DNA of 64,000 nucleotides from a virus (Duplodnaviria; Heunggongvirae; Uroviricota; Caudoviricetes): IMG/VR virus record IMGVR_UViG_3300017747_002194, positions 1 to 64,000 of that record; one strand, 5' to 3'. Shown piece by piece: positions 56,801 to 64,000 of this stretch (position 1 is its first letter; each line of letters starts with the position of its first letter). The notes under the pieces were generated by a model. It saw only the letters and a program-made list of their open reading frames with translations, ran no database searches and was not told where the DNA came from. The position numbers and the translations under genes were made by a program.

Positions 56801-58772
56801 GTTGAAATCCTTTTATTACAGAAGTAATATATGGATTTTTAAATCCAGGAACACCTTGAATAGGATATACTTGATTAAGAGAATCTGAAATAGTTGTAGT
56901 AATTAATTGTTCAGGATTAGTCATACCTGAAGCTCCACCACTACTACCTGGTTGATAACTAAACGGAGGTATTGTTGCAGGGTTAATTAACCACGAGTCT
57001 GCGGCACCTTTACTTACATTTAAATCAGATATTTTAACAGTCTCTGTACCAAACTCATAACTAATAAACTTACCAGCTCCCCCTAATTTAGTAGTGTTAG
57101 GTTTATAAAAACAAGCATTAGCAGATTCATCACCATTAGAATCATAATATTCATTAATATTGTCATCAGTTTGTGGAGAAGCTATTGCTTGAGCTAAGGT
57201 TAGAGGAGCATTAACTCCATTATTTGTCAAATAAATATCGTCATCACTGGATGTTTTAGCTCTAAAAGCTCTAGCATCAAATAATCCGCTGATATCAGAT
57301 TGAGCTTCATATTTAACATTACCCCAAAATAATCTATTATCTTTAGTATCTACAGTTTTAGCATGTGTAAATCCTGAATTAATACTTAAGTAATCTTCTA
57401 TATCTAATGTATCATAAGTAGAAAGATCAGTAATAGTTACTATAGTATTTGTTTGATTACCGATGTTTATAGCAGGTTTAACATAAATTGTAGGAATGTC
57501 TGTTTTAGAAGCTCTATAGATAATAATATATTCTACAGTATCATATTGTGTATCCAAGTTAGATACATTCCATGTAATACTTCTTAAAGAAACATTACCA
57601 CCTCCTTCATAAGCCATGAAATTAGCATTTGTAGTATCATTAGGATCCTCATTAACTAAGTGAACCATATTAGAAGACTGTGAGTAATTTGTAATTGCTC
57701 CAGCTGCATTTTTTAATCTATAAGCCAGCTCATATGTACCAGCAGTTAAACTACCGGAACCTATATTAGCTAAAATAGGTATTTCAAAAGATACTGAAGG
57801 AAATACATTTATTAAAACAGGACTCATAGCCATTAACTGTGGTCTAACTACATTAATAGTTCTAATTTTATTATAAAAATCAGTCCAATAAATACGTTGA
57901 ATACCAGCAGACTCATATCTTCCAGTAATAGCACTAGGTGCTACAGGATGATATTTAGTAAAATCTATATTACTAGAATATACTAATGTAAGTGTAACAT
58001 TTTTAGTAATATCATCAATATTTAATTTCCACACAGCTCCACCAAATACAAACTGATCATGTGCGGGTATCTCATTATTTATACCAGCAGGGCCATAAGT
58101 AGGATTATCTGTAGCAGTTAAAATATAAATATCATTTAAAATAAAAGTAGAACCAATAGGAATTATTAAAGCACTAGGTACACCTACTACATAAGCATCT
58201 ACAGTCTCTTGTGTCAAAGAATCTGCTACATTATTACTATTTTTAAAATAAAGTGTAGCTAAGTCTCCTGTAGTAGAGCCTGAATAAGATGTAGTTATTA
58301 CTGTAGGAATTGATGCTACAGGAGTACATCCTGAATATTCAGGTTGCATATAGAATACTACGTAATCATCTTCATAAGCTATACTAAATGTTTTAGTAGC
58401 TACAGTAGTTCCTGTGTATTGATAACAGTTAGGAAAATTTTCTGTAATATAAGTATATATTAAAAATCCTGTAGTAGCATTATCTATATCTAATGCTGTA
58501 GCGTAAGTAGTACTATTAATTGTAAAAGTTACTGTATTTCCAGAAGATGCTAAATCATTAGTACCTTTTTTTAAATACAATTTAAATACAGGTTGTAAAT
58601 CAGGAAATGTAATTTTACATTCATTACCTTTAATATTAACTAAAGCTCCATTAGAACCACCTAGTTCTGTCTGAGCTCTAAAATTCAAGGCCTGTAAATA
58701 AGAATCCTTTGCAGGTATTTGTTTAGACAAATCTGAATTTTGTCCATTTGAAAATGTATTTATGCTTTCCAT
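53859..58772 (-). CDS. putative tail fibre / receptor-binding protein (1637 aa)
   Basis: Very long S/T/G/N/Y-rich beta-type composition with GGGGG and poly-Ser/Thr stretches, directly downstream of the small structural genes. Confidence 0.45.
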   Translation of the reverse strand: MESINTFSNGQNSDLSKQIPAKDSYLQALNFRAQTELGGSNGALVNIKGNECKITFPDLQPVFKLYLKKGTNDLASSGNTVTFTINSTTYATALDIDNATTGFLIYTYITENFPNCYQYTGTTVATKTFSIAYEDDYVVFYMQPEYSGCTPVASIPTVITTSYSGSTTGDLATLYFKNSNNVADSLTQETVDAYVVGVPSALIIPIGSTFILNDIYILTATDNPTYGPAGINNEIPAHDQFVFGGAVWKLNIDDITKNVTLTLVYSSNIDFTKYHPVAPSAITGRYESAGIQRIYWTDFYNKIRTINVVRPQLMAMSPVLINVFPSVSFEIPILANIGSGSLTAGTYELAYRLKNAAGAITNYSQSSNMVHLVNEDPNDTTNANFMAYEGGGNVSLRSITWNVSNLDTQYDTVEYIIIYRASKTDIPTIYVKPAINIGNQTNTIVTITDLSTYDTLDIEDYLSINSGFTHAKTVDTKDNRLFWGNVKYEAQSDISGLFDARAFRAKTSSDDDIYLTNNGVNAPLTLAQAIASPQTDDNINEYYDSNGDESANACFYKPNTTKLGGAGKFISYEFGTETVKISDLNVSKGAADSWLINPATIPPFSYQPGSSGGASGMTNPEQLITTTISDSLNQVYPIQGVPGFKNPYITSVIKGFQHEEIYRKGIQFFDLQGNPFFTEWIGDIKMPSAGDYNDNPSTIAQAAGITDFRNSFEYNDSIYGQILYIKFTVDISTIKDFIGGYQIVRVERTEADKTILGCGIITQPRQATAGDIVLGGGFNYKQVPNFIRVSGTVVNAAVYMPNPSQRAIETLCPDTTINSGDGETGIGQKVMTFDSFDLLLNGYNYKSGDKLLIRSRVIPINRENAQNRTTDPRYRLGFNNTDWLDNQGVNGPNGGGLYKTRETLPPSDNGTPGSPHGLAPGNGSTGAISCFNAAAGIGGKWQTAYDSDEMPYYILFYLEEAVHTSTSLTNYDISEGNLVAGGNTSTTVGGYTLKNHMISYGSTSGVVYPSGISVNDIPAWGCKTVAVCLSSNLDSSISGSGKTYADTGGKLIALYYRPNINQYGGNTYAARTANEYIASGSFIPLKRVNNTLVNNLILDINCFGGDVHMNYWDLQKVSKNGGGGGVAAPRFAFYPYSSAGLGDNDPGSPDNPLIPGSPIADNTATFNISVSYLFPCTNNHNQAMRYGNHIDTQLTTNVYDAEDEYNYANYHSNEKDVIKFFPKPLNFQTNDEWRNRIFFSEIKFDNEIEDSWSKYLPNSFYDVEGNYGQIMALVSLKENMYFLQERGVGLLMINPVSMVNDSMGQNVKLGASTETIQKHFYRAIDAGTSHQWSVYRSQSAISFVDARHKKIYMFNGESVAPISDVKGQRNFVIKRLHNELLKYDNPIIDKGVLTTYDYYHNEFLYTFNNNLTGDTTNNENLTLAYSEVLNTFTGMYNFTPNFYINSNKYLLSTNRNNKIWFHNYGPYGNFYNVQYPSTLKVLFNEQPLYTKVLDNLTWMTESIDDNVEWNDDLNIYPGSPTNPTYPDDINKPFETFSKVRVYNQYQNTDWTTLTLSSPANLRKVEQGFNLQVPRNKFNYDTTTASSTSLFDPSKLTKTTFGERLRDKWMIIDLYYNNSPNLRFVVHNLKSIFRVSDR

Positions 58773-58773
58773 A

Positions 58774-59388
58774 TTATCTTGCTTTTACGTAAGGTGGTAA
58801 ATTAGTAGTTTCACCGTTATAATAACGGAAGATAAATCCTTTAACTGATTTTAAACTATATTTTTGAGCACATATTTTTCCAATACAACTTTGATTAATT
58901 TCCAAAGCTTTAGCTGCTATAGGTCTACTATCCCAAGTTTTTATAAATGTACCATCAATAGAATATTGATTTATTTTTTGTCTAGTTCTAGTTTTCCACA
59001 TATCAATTCTTGCTTGTTTTACTTTATCTGAATTTTTTAAAGAGTTACTTAATTTAATTCTAGATTCTAAAGATTTTTTATTTTCTCTATTTATTATATT
59101 ATAACCAAAATCTCGATTATCACTTTTAAATATTCTTATAAATTTAGATTCTATTTTAGTTAAGTATTCTTCAGGACATGTTGCTAATATTTCAAATTTA
59201 AAATTCTCTTTACCATATTTATTATAAGAATATTGTAAATGAAAACTATGGTGTTTATTATGCTCTAATTCTTTTAAATGGCAATTAAATCTTTCTTTTA
59301 CAGAAATAGATTTACCTATATATTTCTTATTGTTTATTGTATTTGTAATACAGTAAACTCCTATAATATTATTTTTCGAGTATCCCAT
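58774..59388 (-). CDS. GIY-YIG homing endonuclease with C-terminal DNA-binding region
   Basis: IGVYCITN..NKKYIGKS......R...H. Confidence 0.85.
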   Translation of the reverse strand: MGYSKNNIIGVYCITNTINNKKYIGKSISVKERFNCHLKELEHNKHHSFHLQYSYNKYGKENFKFEILATCPEEYLTKIESKFIRIFKSDNRDFGYNIINRENKKSLESRIKLSNSLKNSDKVKQARIDMWKTRTRQKINQYSIDGTFIKTWDSRPIAAKALEINQSCIGKICAQKYSLKSVKGFIFRYYNGETTNLPPYVKAR

Positions 59389-60089
59389 TAACGTAAATTT
59401 CTTTTTTCATGATTTTCTAAACCTCTAAAGCCATTAGAGAATTCATGTGGTTTAGGAATTAAACGTACCCAAACTTTAGCTAACCTATCCATTTGAGCAC
59501 TATCAGGCATGTAAGCTGATCCTCTAGCTGAGTTAACATAAAAATACCAATCTTTTTCTGACATTCTAAATACAACTTCTGGAATTAATCCTCTTCTAAA
59601 TTGTATTCTATCAAGCATATAAGTAACATAAGCTTTTAAAGCTTTATCAAAATAAACATTATCTGGTACTAGAGGAAACCCCTCTGCATCCACAGGTACT
59701 GCTTGATACACAATACAAAGATCTCCTGCTTCTAATGAAGTATTTAAACAACCATCAGCTATATAGAAATTATATTCTGTACAACAAGTTGGAATAGTAT
59801 TACAATCTTCACATTTATAGTTATTAGCTGCAGATTTAGTAGACCAAGATAAAGGTCTTCCATTATACGTAATATCTTTTGGATATACAAAGTCACAAGG
59901 TAATGATACTGTATGATTAGCTACTGTAAGAATAGTAGATACTTCTTTCATTTGAGCATAAGAGCCTATCATAGATAAAGCTTCAGAAATCCACTCTATT
60001 ACATCAGATTCATTAATCTCAGTATTATTTCCTAAATCTCTATATAGACCAGCTATAATAGCTTTAGAAGATTTAAAATTTACAATCAT
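59388..60089 (-). CDS. hypothetical virion protein
   Basis: 233 aa; coupled to its neighbours. Confidence 0.5.
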   Translation of the reverse strand: MIVNFKSSKAIIAGLYRDLGNNTEINESDVIEWISEALSMIGSYAQMKEVSTILTVANHTVSLPCDFVYPKDITYNGRPLSWSTKSAANNYKCEDCNTIPTCCTEYNFYIADGCLNTSLEAGDLCIVYQAVPVDAEGFPLVPDNVYFDKALKAYVTYMLDRIQFRRGLIPEVVFRMSEKDWYFYVNSARGSAYMPDSAQMDRLAKVWVRLIPKPHEFSNGFRGLENHEKRNLR

Positions 60090-60577
60090 TGTTTTCTAGT
60101 TAATTGTTCATAATAATCAAAACCTGGATTGGCTTTAATATGTGCAGGTATAGCTCTTGAAGCTTCTCTACATGGAGAAAACTTATAATATTTTTTACCT
60201 GTTAATTTAAGTTTACTTTTATCCCATTTCCATTTATATCTAAATGGTTGATCATAATAAACTAACATACCTTGTTTTTTAGACTCACCATAATTGACTT
60301 TCCAATTTTTGATTTTATTTATATCAAAGTTTACATCATATTTAATAATTCCTAAATAACCTAAGTTATATGGCATTTTAAATGAAGCAGCTTCTTCAAC
60401 TACCTTACTTTGTAAGGTTTTATTAAAAGCTCTTATTACCCTATAATATAAAGCATAGTCAACAGGAATTCTTTTATTGTTGAAAGAGGCTCTACAATAA
60501 TCTTTGTAAAAGTCTTTTGTTGATAAGTCTTTTTTAAATTTTCCATTACTTCTTTTAGTTACTTTAAATTCTATCAT
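60086..60577 (-). CDS. hypothetical protein, basic
   Basis: 163 aa. Confidence 0.5.
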   Translation of the reverse strand: MIEFKVTKRSNGKFKKDLSTKDFYKDYCRASFNNKRIPVDYALYYRVIRAFNKTLQSKVVEEAASFKMPYNLGYLGIIKYDVNFDINKIKNWKVNYGESKKQGMLVYYDQPFRYKWKWDKSKLKLTGKKYYKFSPCREASRAIPAHIKANPGFDYYEQLTRKQ

Positions 60578-61287
60578 TTTTTAGTACCTAGTTGGTTTTG
60601 AGATAATGCATCATTACTAGTATCATGTGGCATTTGTAAGAAAGGCATTACTTTAGTTTGCATAATAATATTAGTAATATCATTGGCCATTTTTAATGAG
60701 CATGGATAAGTACTATCCCAATTAAAACAAGCAGATCCTCCACAAGTAGAATATCCAGCTAATTCTTCCGGGTTTTCAAATATAGCAAATATATTTATAT
60801 ATTCCAAAAGTAAATTTGAAGTAATGTATAAATAACCATCTTGTAAATACCATTGAGGTTTACTAGAAGTGTATTTATTATATTTATTATATTTAACTTC
60901 AAAAGGATTAGATTTAGAAATAATATTTCCTGTAGGAGTAGTTACTCTTAAAATAAAGTTATCAGAACTAGTTTCGATACTCATTGGTAATCTTACTTTA
61001 GTTCTTAAAATATAACAATCTGTTGTAATGATACAACAATCAGAACTATCTACTAATTCTAATTCCATACAAGGTAAAGATTGTACCCAAATATCTGAAA
61101 TATCCTGGCGTTTTCCAATAGCTTGAGAAATAAGCATTGCTCTTATTTCATGTACCCAAAATGCAAACTGTTCATCACTAATTCTAAATGAATAATTATT
61201 TTCACCTGAATCAGCAATATTTCTAACATCTGCTACAATTTTTCTAAGACTTAACATGTTTCTTTCTTTCTTTAGGTGTCCAACCAA
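60574..61287 (-). CDS. hypothetical virion protein, Cys-rich
   Basis: 237 aa. Confidence 0.5.
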   Translation of the reverse strand: MVGHLKKERNMLSLRKIVADVRNIADSGENNYSFRISDEQFAFWVHEIRAMLISQAIGKRQDISDIWVQSLPCMELELVDSSDCCIITTDCYILRTKVRLPMSIETSSDNFILRVTTPTGNIISKSNPFEVKYNKYNKYTSSKPQWYLQDGYLYITSNLLLEYINIFAIFENPEELAGYSTCGGSACFNWDSTYPCSLKMANDITNIIMQTKVMPFLQMPHDTSNDALSQNQLGTKK

Positions 61288-61882
61288 ATAATCTATATTT
61301 AACTGTAAATATAATACTTTTATTTAATATATCATAACCAGCTCCATAAGTAGCTTTATTGATACTCATTTCAACTATAGGAGCTAAAGTTTTAAATCCT
61401 ACAATACCTCCTGCATGTATCTCATACTTATAAGGTCTATATACTAAACTATCCTGTTTAACCACAGTACTGTCTTTAATAATTAAAGGTACTTTAAGTT
61501 TGTAAGAAGGTTTAAATGAATTTAAAGTCTTACCTTGAGTTACTATTTTAGAATAGATTTTTACATTAGAATCTTCAATACTATCATTATATACAAAGAA
61601 TCTATGTAATTCTAGACTATCTACTGGTTGAGGTTTTAAACCTGTAGTATCTTTTACATATACAGGATAAGGTACTAATTTAGTAGGTAGATTAATAACA
61701 GTATCAGGAGGAAATATAGTATCTCTATACTTAGTTATAGTAGTTACTTTAGGTTCTTGAGGTTCAATTGTTTTAGAACCACAAGATTTACCCCATAGGA
61801 ATACACCACAGACCATAAGGACTATAGCTATAGTTTCCCAATTTTCTTTTATCTTAGACAACATATTAATTAAAAACTTCAA
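61244..61882 (-). CDS. membrane-anchored protein (N-terminal TM helix, then Cys)
   Basis: IAIVLMVCGVFLWGKSCGS; possibly a lipoprotein- or spanin-like component. Confidence 0.45.
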   Translation of the reverse strand: MKFLINMLSKIKENWETIAIVLMVCGVFLWGKSCGSKTIEPQEPKVTTITKYRDTIFPPDTVINLPTKLVPYPVYVKDTTGLKPQPVDSLELHRFFVYNDSIEDSNVKIYSKIVTQGKTLNSFKPSYKLKVPLIIKDSTVVKQDSLVYRPYKYEIHAGGIVGFKTLAPIVEMSINKATYGAGYDILNKSIIFTVKYRLFGWTPKERKKHVKS

Positions 61883-62288
61883 TTATAATATTACAATAAG
61901 AATTATCTTCACTTAATATATCATCTGTTAAACTATTAGTATTATCAAAAGTATAAATTTCAATATTACTATCATCTGTTTGATAATATGTAATATTTTG
62001 AGAATTTATAATATTTACAGAAGATACATTTATTAATGTTTTACCTAATGTAAATAATGATGATGATGTTACTGTATAATGTCCTGTACCAACTTTTGTA
62101 ATGGTACAAACACCTAAATTGTTTTTCAATTCTATAATTTCAGGAGTATTTGTTAATAATCCTTTTAATATTTTAGACTCTTGATTATTTAGATAATCTA
62201 TAATTTCATTAATTTTACTAAAATAATGTTTAACATCTGATATAAATGCACCAGTTGAGAATTTTTGTTTTAATTTATCTATACTCAT
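61866..62288 (-). CDS. fibre/adaptor-like protein; paralog of 62301-62801 in its N-terminal module
   Basis: Shared N-terminus MS(I/L)(D/N)KLK...KINEIIDYLN with a divergent C-terminus. Confidence 0.5.
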   Translation of the reverse strand: MSIDKLKQKFSTGAFISDVKHYFSKINEIIDYLNNQESKILKGLLTNTPEIIELKNNLGVCTITKVGTGHYTVTSSSLFTLGKTLINVSSVNIINSQNITYYQTDDSNIEIYTFDNTNSLTDDILSEDNSYCNIIIEVFN

Positions 62289-62300
62289 TTTATTTTTTAA

Positions 62301-62801
62301 TTAGTTATATACTCTTATTTCTAATGGTACTGTAGTAGAACCAGTTAAAAGAACACTTGCTTCAACTGCATTATTAGTAGAACTACTTATTGTTTGAAAT
62401 AAAATAACATCTTTTGAATCTCTAGCAAATCCATAATACCCCGCAACATTTCCAGCACCACCTAACGGATTATAACTATAATAATCGCCATATTCAGCAT
62501 TAGAATTTCCAACTATTATTGTTTTACCAGCTACAAAAGCATCTGATAAAGTACCATAATAATTACCTGCACTTAACCTAGTCCATACGATAGTACCTAA
62601 AGTATTTTCTAATATAGTAACAGTAGGTGCAGAAGTACCACTTTGAGTTAATAAAGCTACATATGATTTATAACTTCCATCACCTGATTTACCATCACCA
62701 TTTAAGTAATCAATTATCTCATTAATCTTATCATACATTCCTTTGATGTTCTTTACTAAACTTCCTAAGAAATATACATTCTTTAATTTATTTAAACTCA
62801 T
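62301..62801 (-). CDS. fibre/adaptor-like protein; paralog of 61866-62288 in its N-terminal module
   Basis: Same N-terminal module and a G/S/Y-rich C-terminus. Confidence 0.5.
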   Translation of the reverse strand: MSLNKLKNVYFLGSLVKNIKGMYDKINEIIDYLNGDGKSGDGSYKSYVALLTQSGTSAPTVTILENTLGTIVWTRLSAGNYYGTLSDAFVAGKTIIVGNSNAEYGDYYSYNPLGGAGNVAGYYGFARDSKDVILFQTISSSTNNAVEASVLLTGSTTVPLEIRVYN

Positions 62802-62803
62802 AA

Positions 62804-62998
62804 TTAAGATTGTTTTAATTTTACTTTACTAACTATACCACCAACAGCTACTACTGCTAATAATACTAATCTAGGCCATTCTTTCTTAACATCAAATGTA
62901 GCCCAATCAATATCTATCCATGCTAAAGCTATTGCTACAGCTATACCAGATATTGTTGCAGATAAATCTGCTAATCTATTTTTTAATTGTTTTGTCAT
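62804..62998 (-). CDS. putative class II holin (two TM helices, charged C-terminus)
   Basis: ISGIAVAIALAWI and LVLLAVVAVGGIV helices followed by SKVKLKQS; adjacent to a lysin candidate. Confidence 0.45.
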   Translation of the reverse strand: MTKQLKNRLADLSATISGIAVAIALAWIDIDWATFDVKKEWPRLVLLAVVAVGGIVSKVKLKQS

Positions 62999-63004
62999 AT
63001 AATT

Positions 63005-63259
63005 TTATATTTTAGTTAATGATATATAATGTTTTTCCCAAAACTCCCATTCAGTAATTAAAACACAATCTATTTCTTCTATAATTGGTTTTAATCCTTT
63101 ATCTTTTAAAGATTTAATCCATTGAATTTTAGGAGTATTTTTAGTTAATCTAGAATTTGTAGTATGAGTATTTAATCTACTATTAATATTGTTTGATTTA
63201 CCAATATATTTAACTTGATTATCTATAGGATCAATTAAACAATAAATATAAGTTACCAT
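63005..63259 (-). CDS. short GIY-YIG endonuclease
   Basis: YIYCLIDP..N.VKYIGKS.N...R...H. The likely start is the internal M (MVTYIY) at 63257-63259, not the track start at 63307, which overlaps the upstream gene. Confidence 0.7.
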   Translation of the reverse strand: MVTYIYCLIDPIDNQVKYIGKSNNINSRLNTHTTNSRLTKNTPKIQWIKSLKDKGLKPIIEEIDCVLITEWEFWEKHYISLTKI

Positions 63260-63798
63260 TCTTTCAATAAAGTAAATGTAAAATCTTTCAAACCACTTTT
63301 TTGACAACGTTCAATTAAATATTTGAAATCACTTGGGTTATTAAGCACCATGCAGCCTGCACTCCACTTATCATTTAACACTGATAATACTGAAGGATTA
63401 GCTCTGTGTATATTAATACCAAATAGACCTGTTTCAGTAATTCCTGTTTCTTCAGCAAAGTTATCTTTATCCCCATCTCTATAAACTACAACATTCTTTC
63501 TCTGACATAATGCTAAATATTTACCTTGGTGTAAATCTAATTTCCAAGTATCTAAATATTGATTAGGTTTGAGTAATGCTGCACCTTTAGGATTAAGTAA
63601 GTTCTTTAACCAATGTACACCAGGATTAGTTGTACCTGTAAACCAAGTAACTGTATCATTTTCTATAAGACCTATAAGGTCATCAAACTTATTTACTTCA
63701 TCTGCTTTAGATCTAATACCTACTATTTGAAATGGTAACCATTTATAACCTAATCTAGCAAACTCTGCTTTAAGTTCTTCTATTGTTAGTTTTTTCAT
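63253..63798 (-). CDS. YkuD (L,D-transpeptidase)-fold cell-wall enzyme, candidate endolysin
   Basis: INIHRANPSVLSVLNDKWSAGCMVL matches the H...(S/T)xGC(I/M)(R/V)L catalytic signature; it lies upstream of the holin-like gene. Confidence 0.45.
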   Translation of the reverse strand: MKKLTIEELKAEFARLGYKWLPFQIVGIRSKADEVNKFDDLIGLIENDTVTWFTGTTNPGVHWLKNLLNPKGAALLKPNQYLDTWKLDLHQGKYLALCQRKNVVVYRDGDKDNFAEETGITETGLFGINIHRANPSVLSVLNDKWSAGCMVLNNPSDFKYLIERCQKSGLKDFTFTLLKEW

Positions 63799-63799
63799 A

Positions 63800-64000
63800 A
63801 TTATACTCTAATTCCGTAAACTTTAATTGTCATAGCATCTAAGCCTGTGATATTATCTTTAACTATAAAACCAATTCTATCTGTTGTATTAGCTTTTAAT
63901 TTCAATCCCCATTGTAACCCAAATACATCTTCTAAATCAATAACCCCTACATAAGCTTCTGAAGCTGTAATAGCATTAGTTAATTGAAAAGCATTTGCTG
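63800..64000 (-). CDS. C-terminal fragment of an upstream minus-strand gene (continues beyond the window)
   Basis: Open minus-strand frame ...GLKLKANTTDRIGFIVKDNITGLDAMTIKVYGIRV-stop, with the stop at 63800-63802. Confidence 0.5.

Noticed and set aside
63260-63307. N-terminal extension (MSKKWFERFYIYFIER) of the short GIY-YIG ORF
   Set aside because: The extension overlaps the upstream lysin gene; the GIY-YIG module starts at the internal Met (MVTYIYCLIDP).
1-64000. CRISPR arrays, integrase/attP or lysogeny module
   Set aside because: No regularly spaced direct repeats with spacers were seen, and no tyrosine- or serine-recombinase or repressor-like ORFs were recognised; the content is consistent with a virulent phage.

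Overview
The window is AT-rich (about 70% A+T) and densely packed with genes; it reads as part of a large virulent phage genome, probably infecting a Flavobacteriia/Bacteroidetes host and with crAss-like/phi14:2-like features. I found no integrase, repressor or attachment site, and the translation start context is A-rich with no Shine-Dalgarno.

The + strand (about 380-33100) carries an early/replication block. It contains a family-A DNA polymerase with 3'-5' exo, a DnaB-like helicase, a DEAH SF2 helicase, a toprim primase, a PrimPol-like protein and a FEN/5'-3' exonuclease. It also has a MoxR/CobS-like AAA+ ATPase with a vWA partner, a metallophosphoesterase, a dATP/dGTP diphosphohydrolase-like protein, a sigma-like factor and a PD-(D/E)xK nuclease. 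An AAA_24 (Sak4-like) ATPase gene is split by a group I intron that carries a LAGLIDADG homing endonuclease. A tmRNA-like gene is followed by an HNH endonuclease and a tRNA-Met plus a second tRNA-like element, and a SAR-type glucosaminidase lysin sits among the replication genes.

Interleaved with these are at least 16 small tandem paralogs, mostly translationally coupled. Their N-terminal domains differ but they share a short C-terminal peptide motif ([DE]-D-x-S-Y-L-I-P-L-I-K-x-L or its variant L-x-P-I-Y-K-K-L-L-N). This family is the most unusual feature of the window.

The - strand (33250-64000) is a virion/lysis block. Its largest gene is a 4060-aa ORF with a zincin HEAFH motif and a DFDID motif, suggestive of a crAss-like virion-packaged RNA polymerase or cargo protein. 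Around it are 1149-, 719-, 735- and 1637-aa structural proteins, two GIY-YIG homing endonucleases and a tandem pair of N-terminally related fibre-like genes. A class-II-holin-like gene lies next to a YkuD-fold lysin candidate.

Recurrent non-coding signals include three operon-boundary hairpins with a conserved TAGAGAA(A)TCTA loop and a family of about 60-85 nt structured intergenic elements. All functional calls come from motifs I read in the translations; none was checked against a database.
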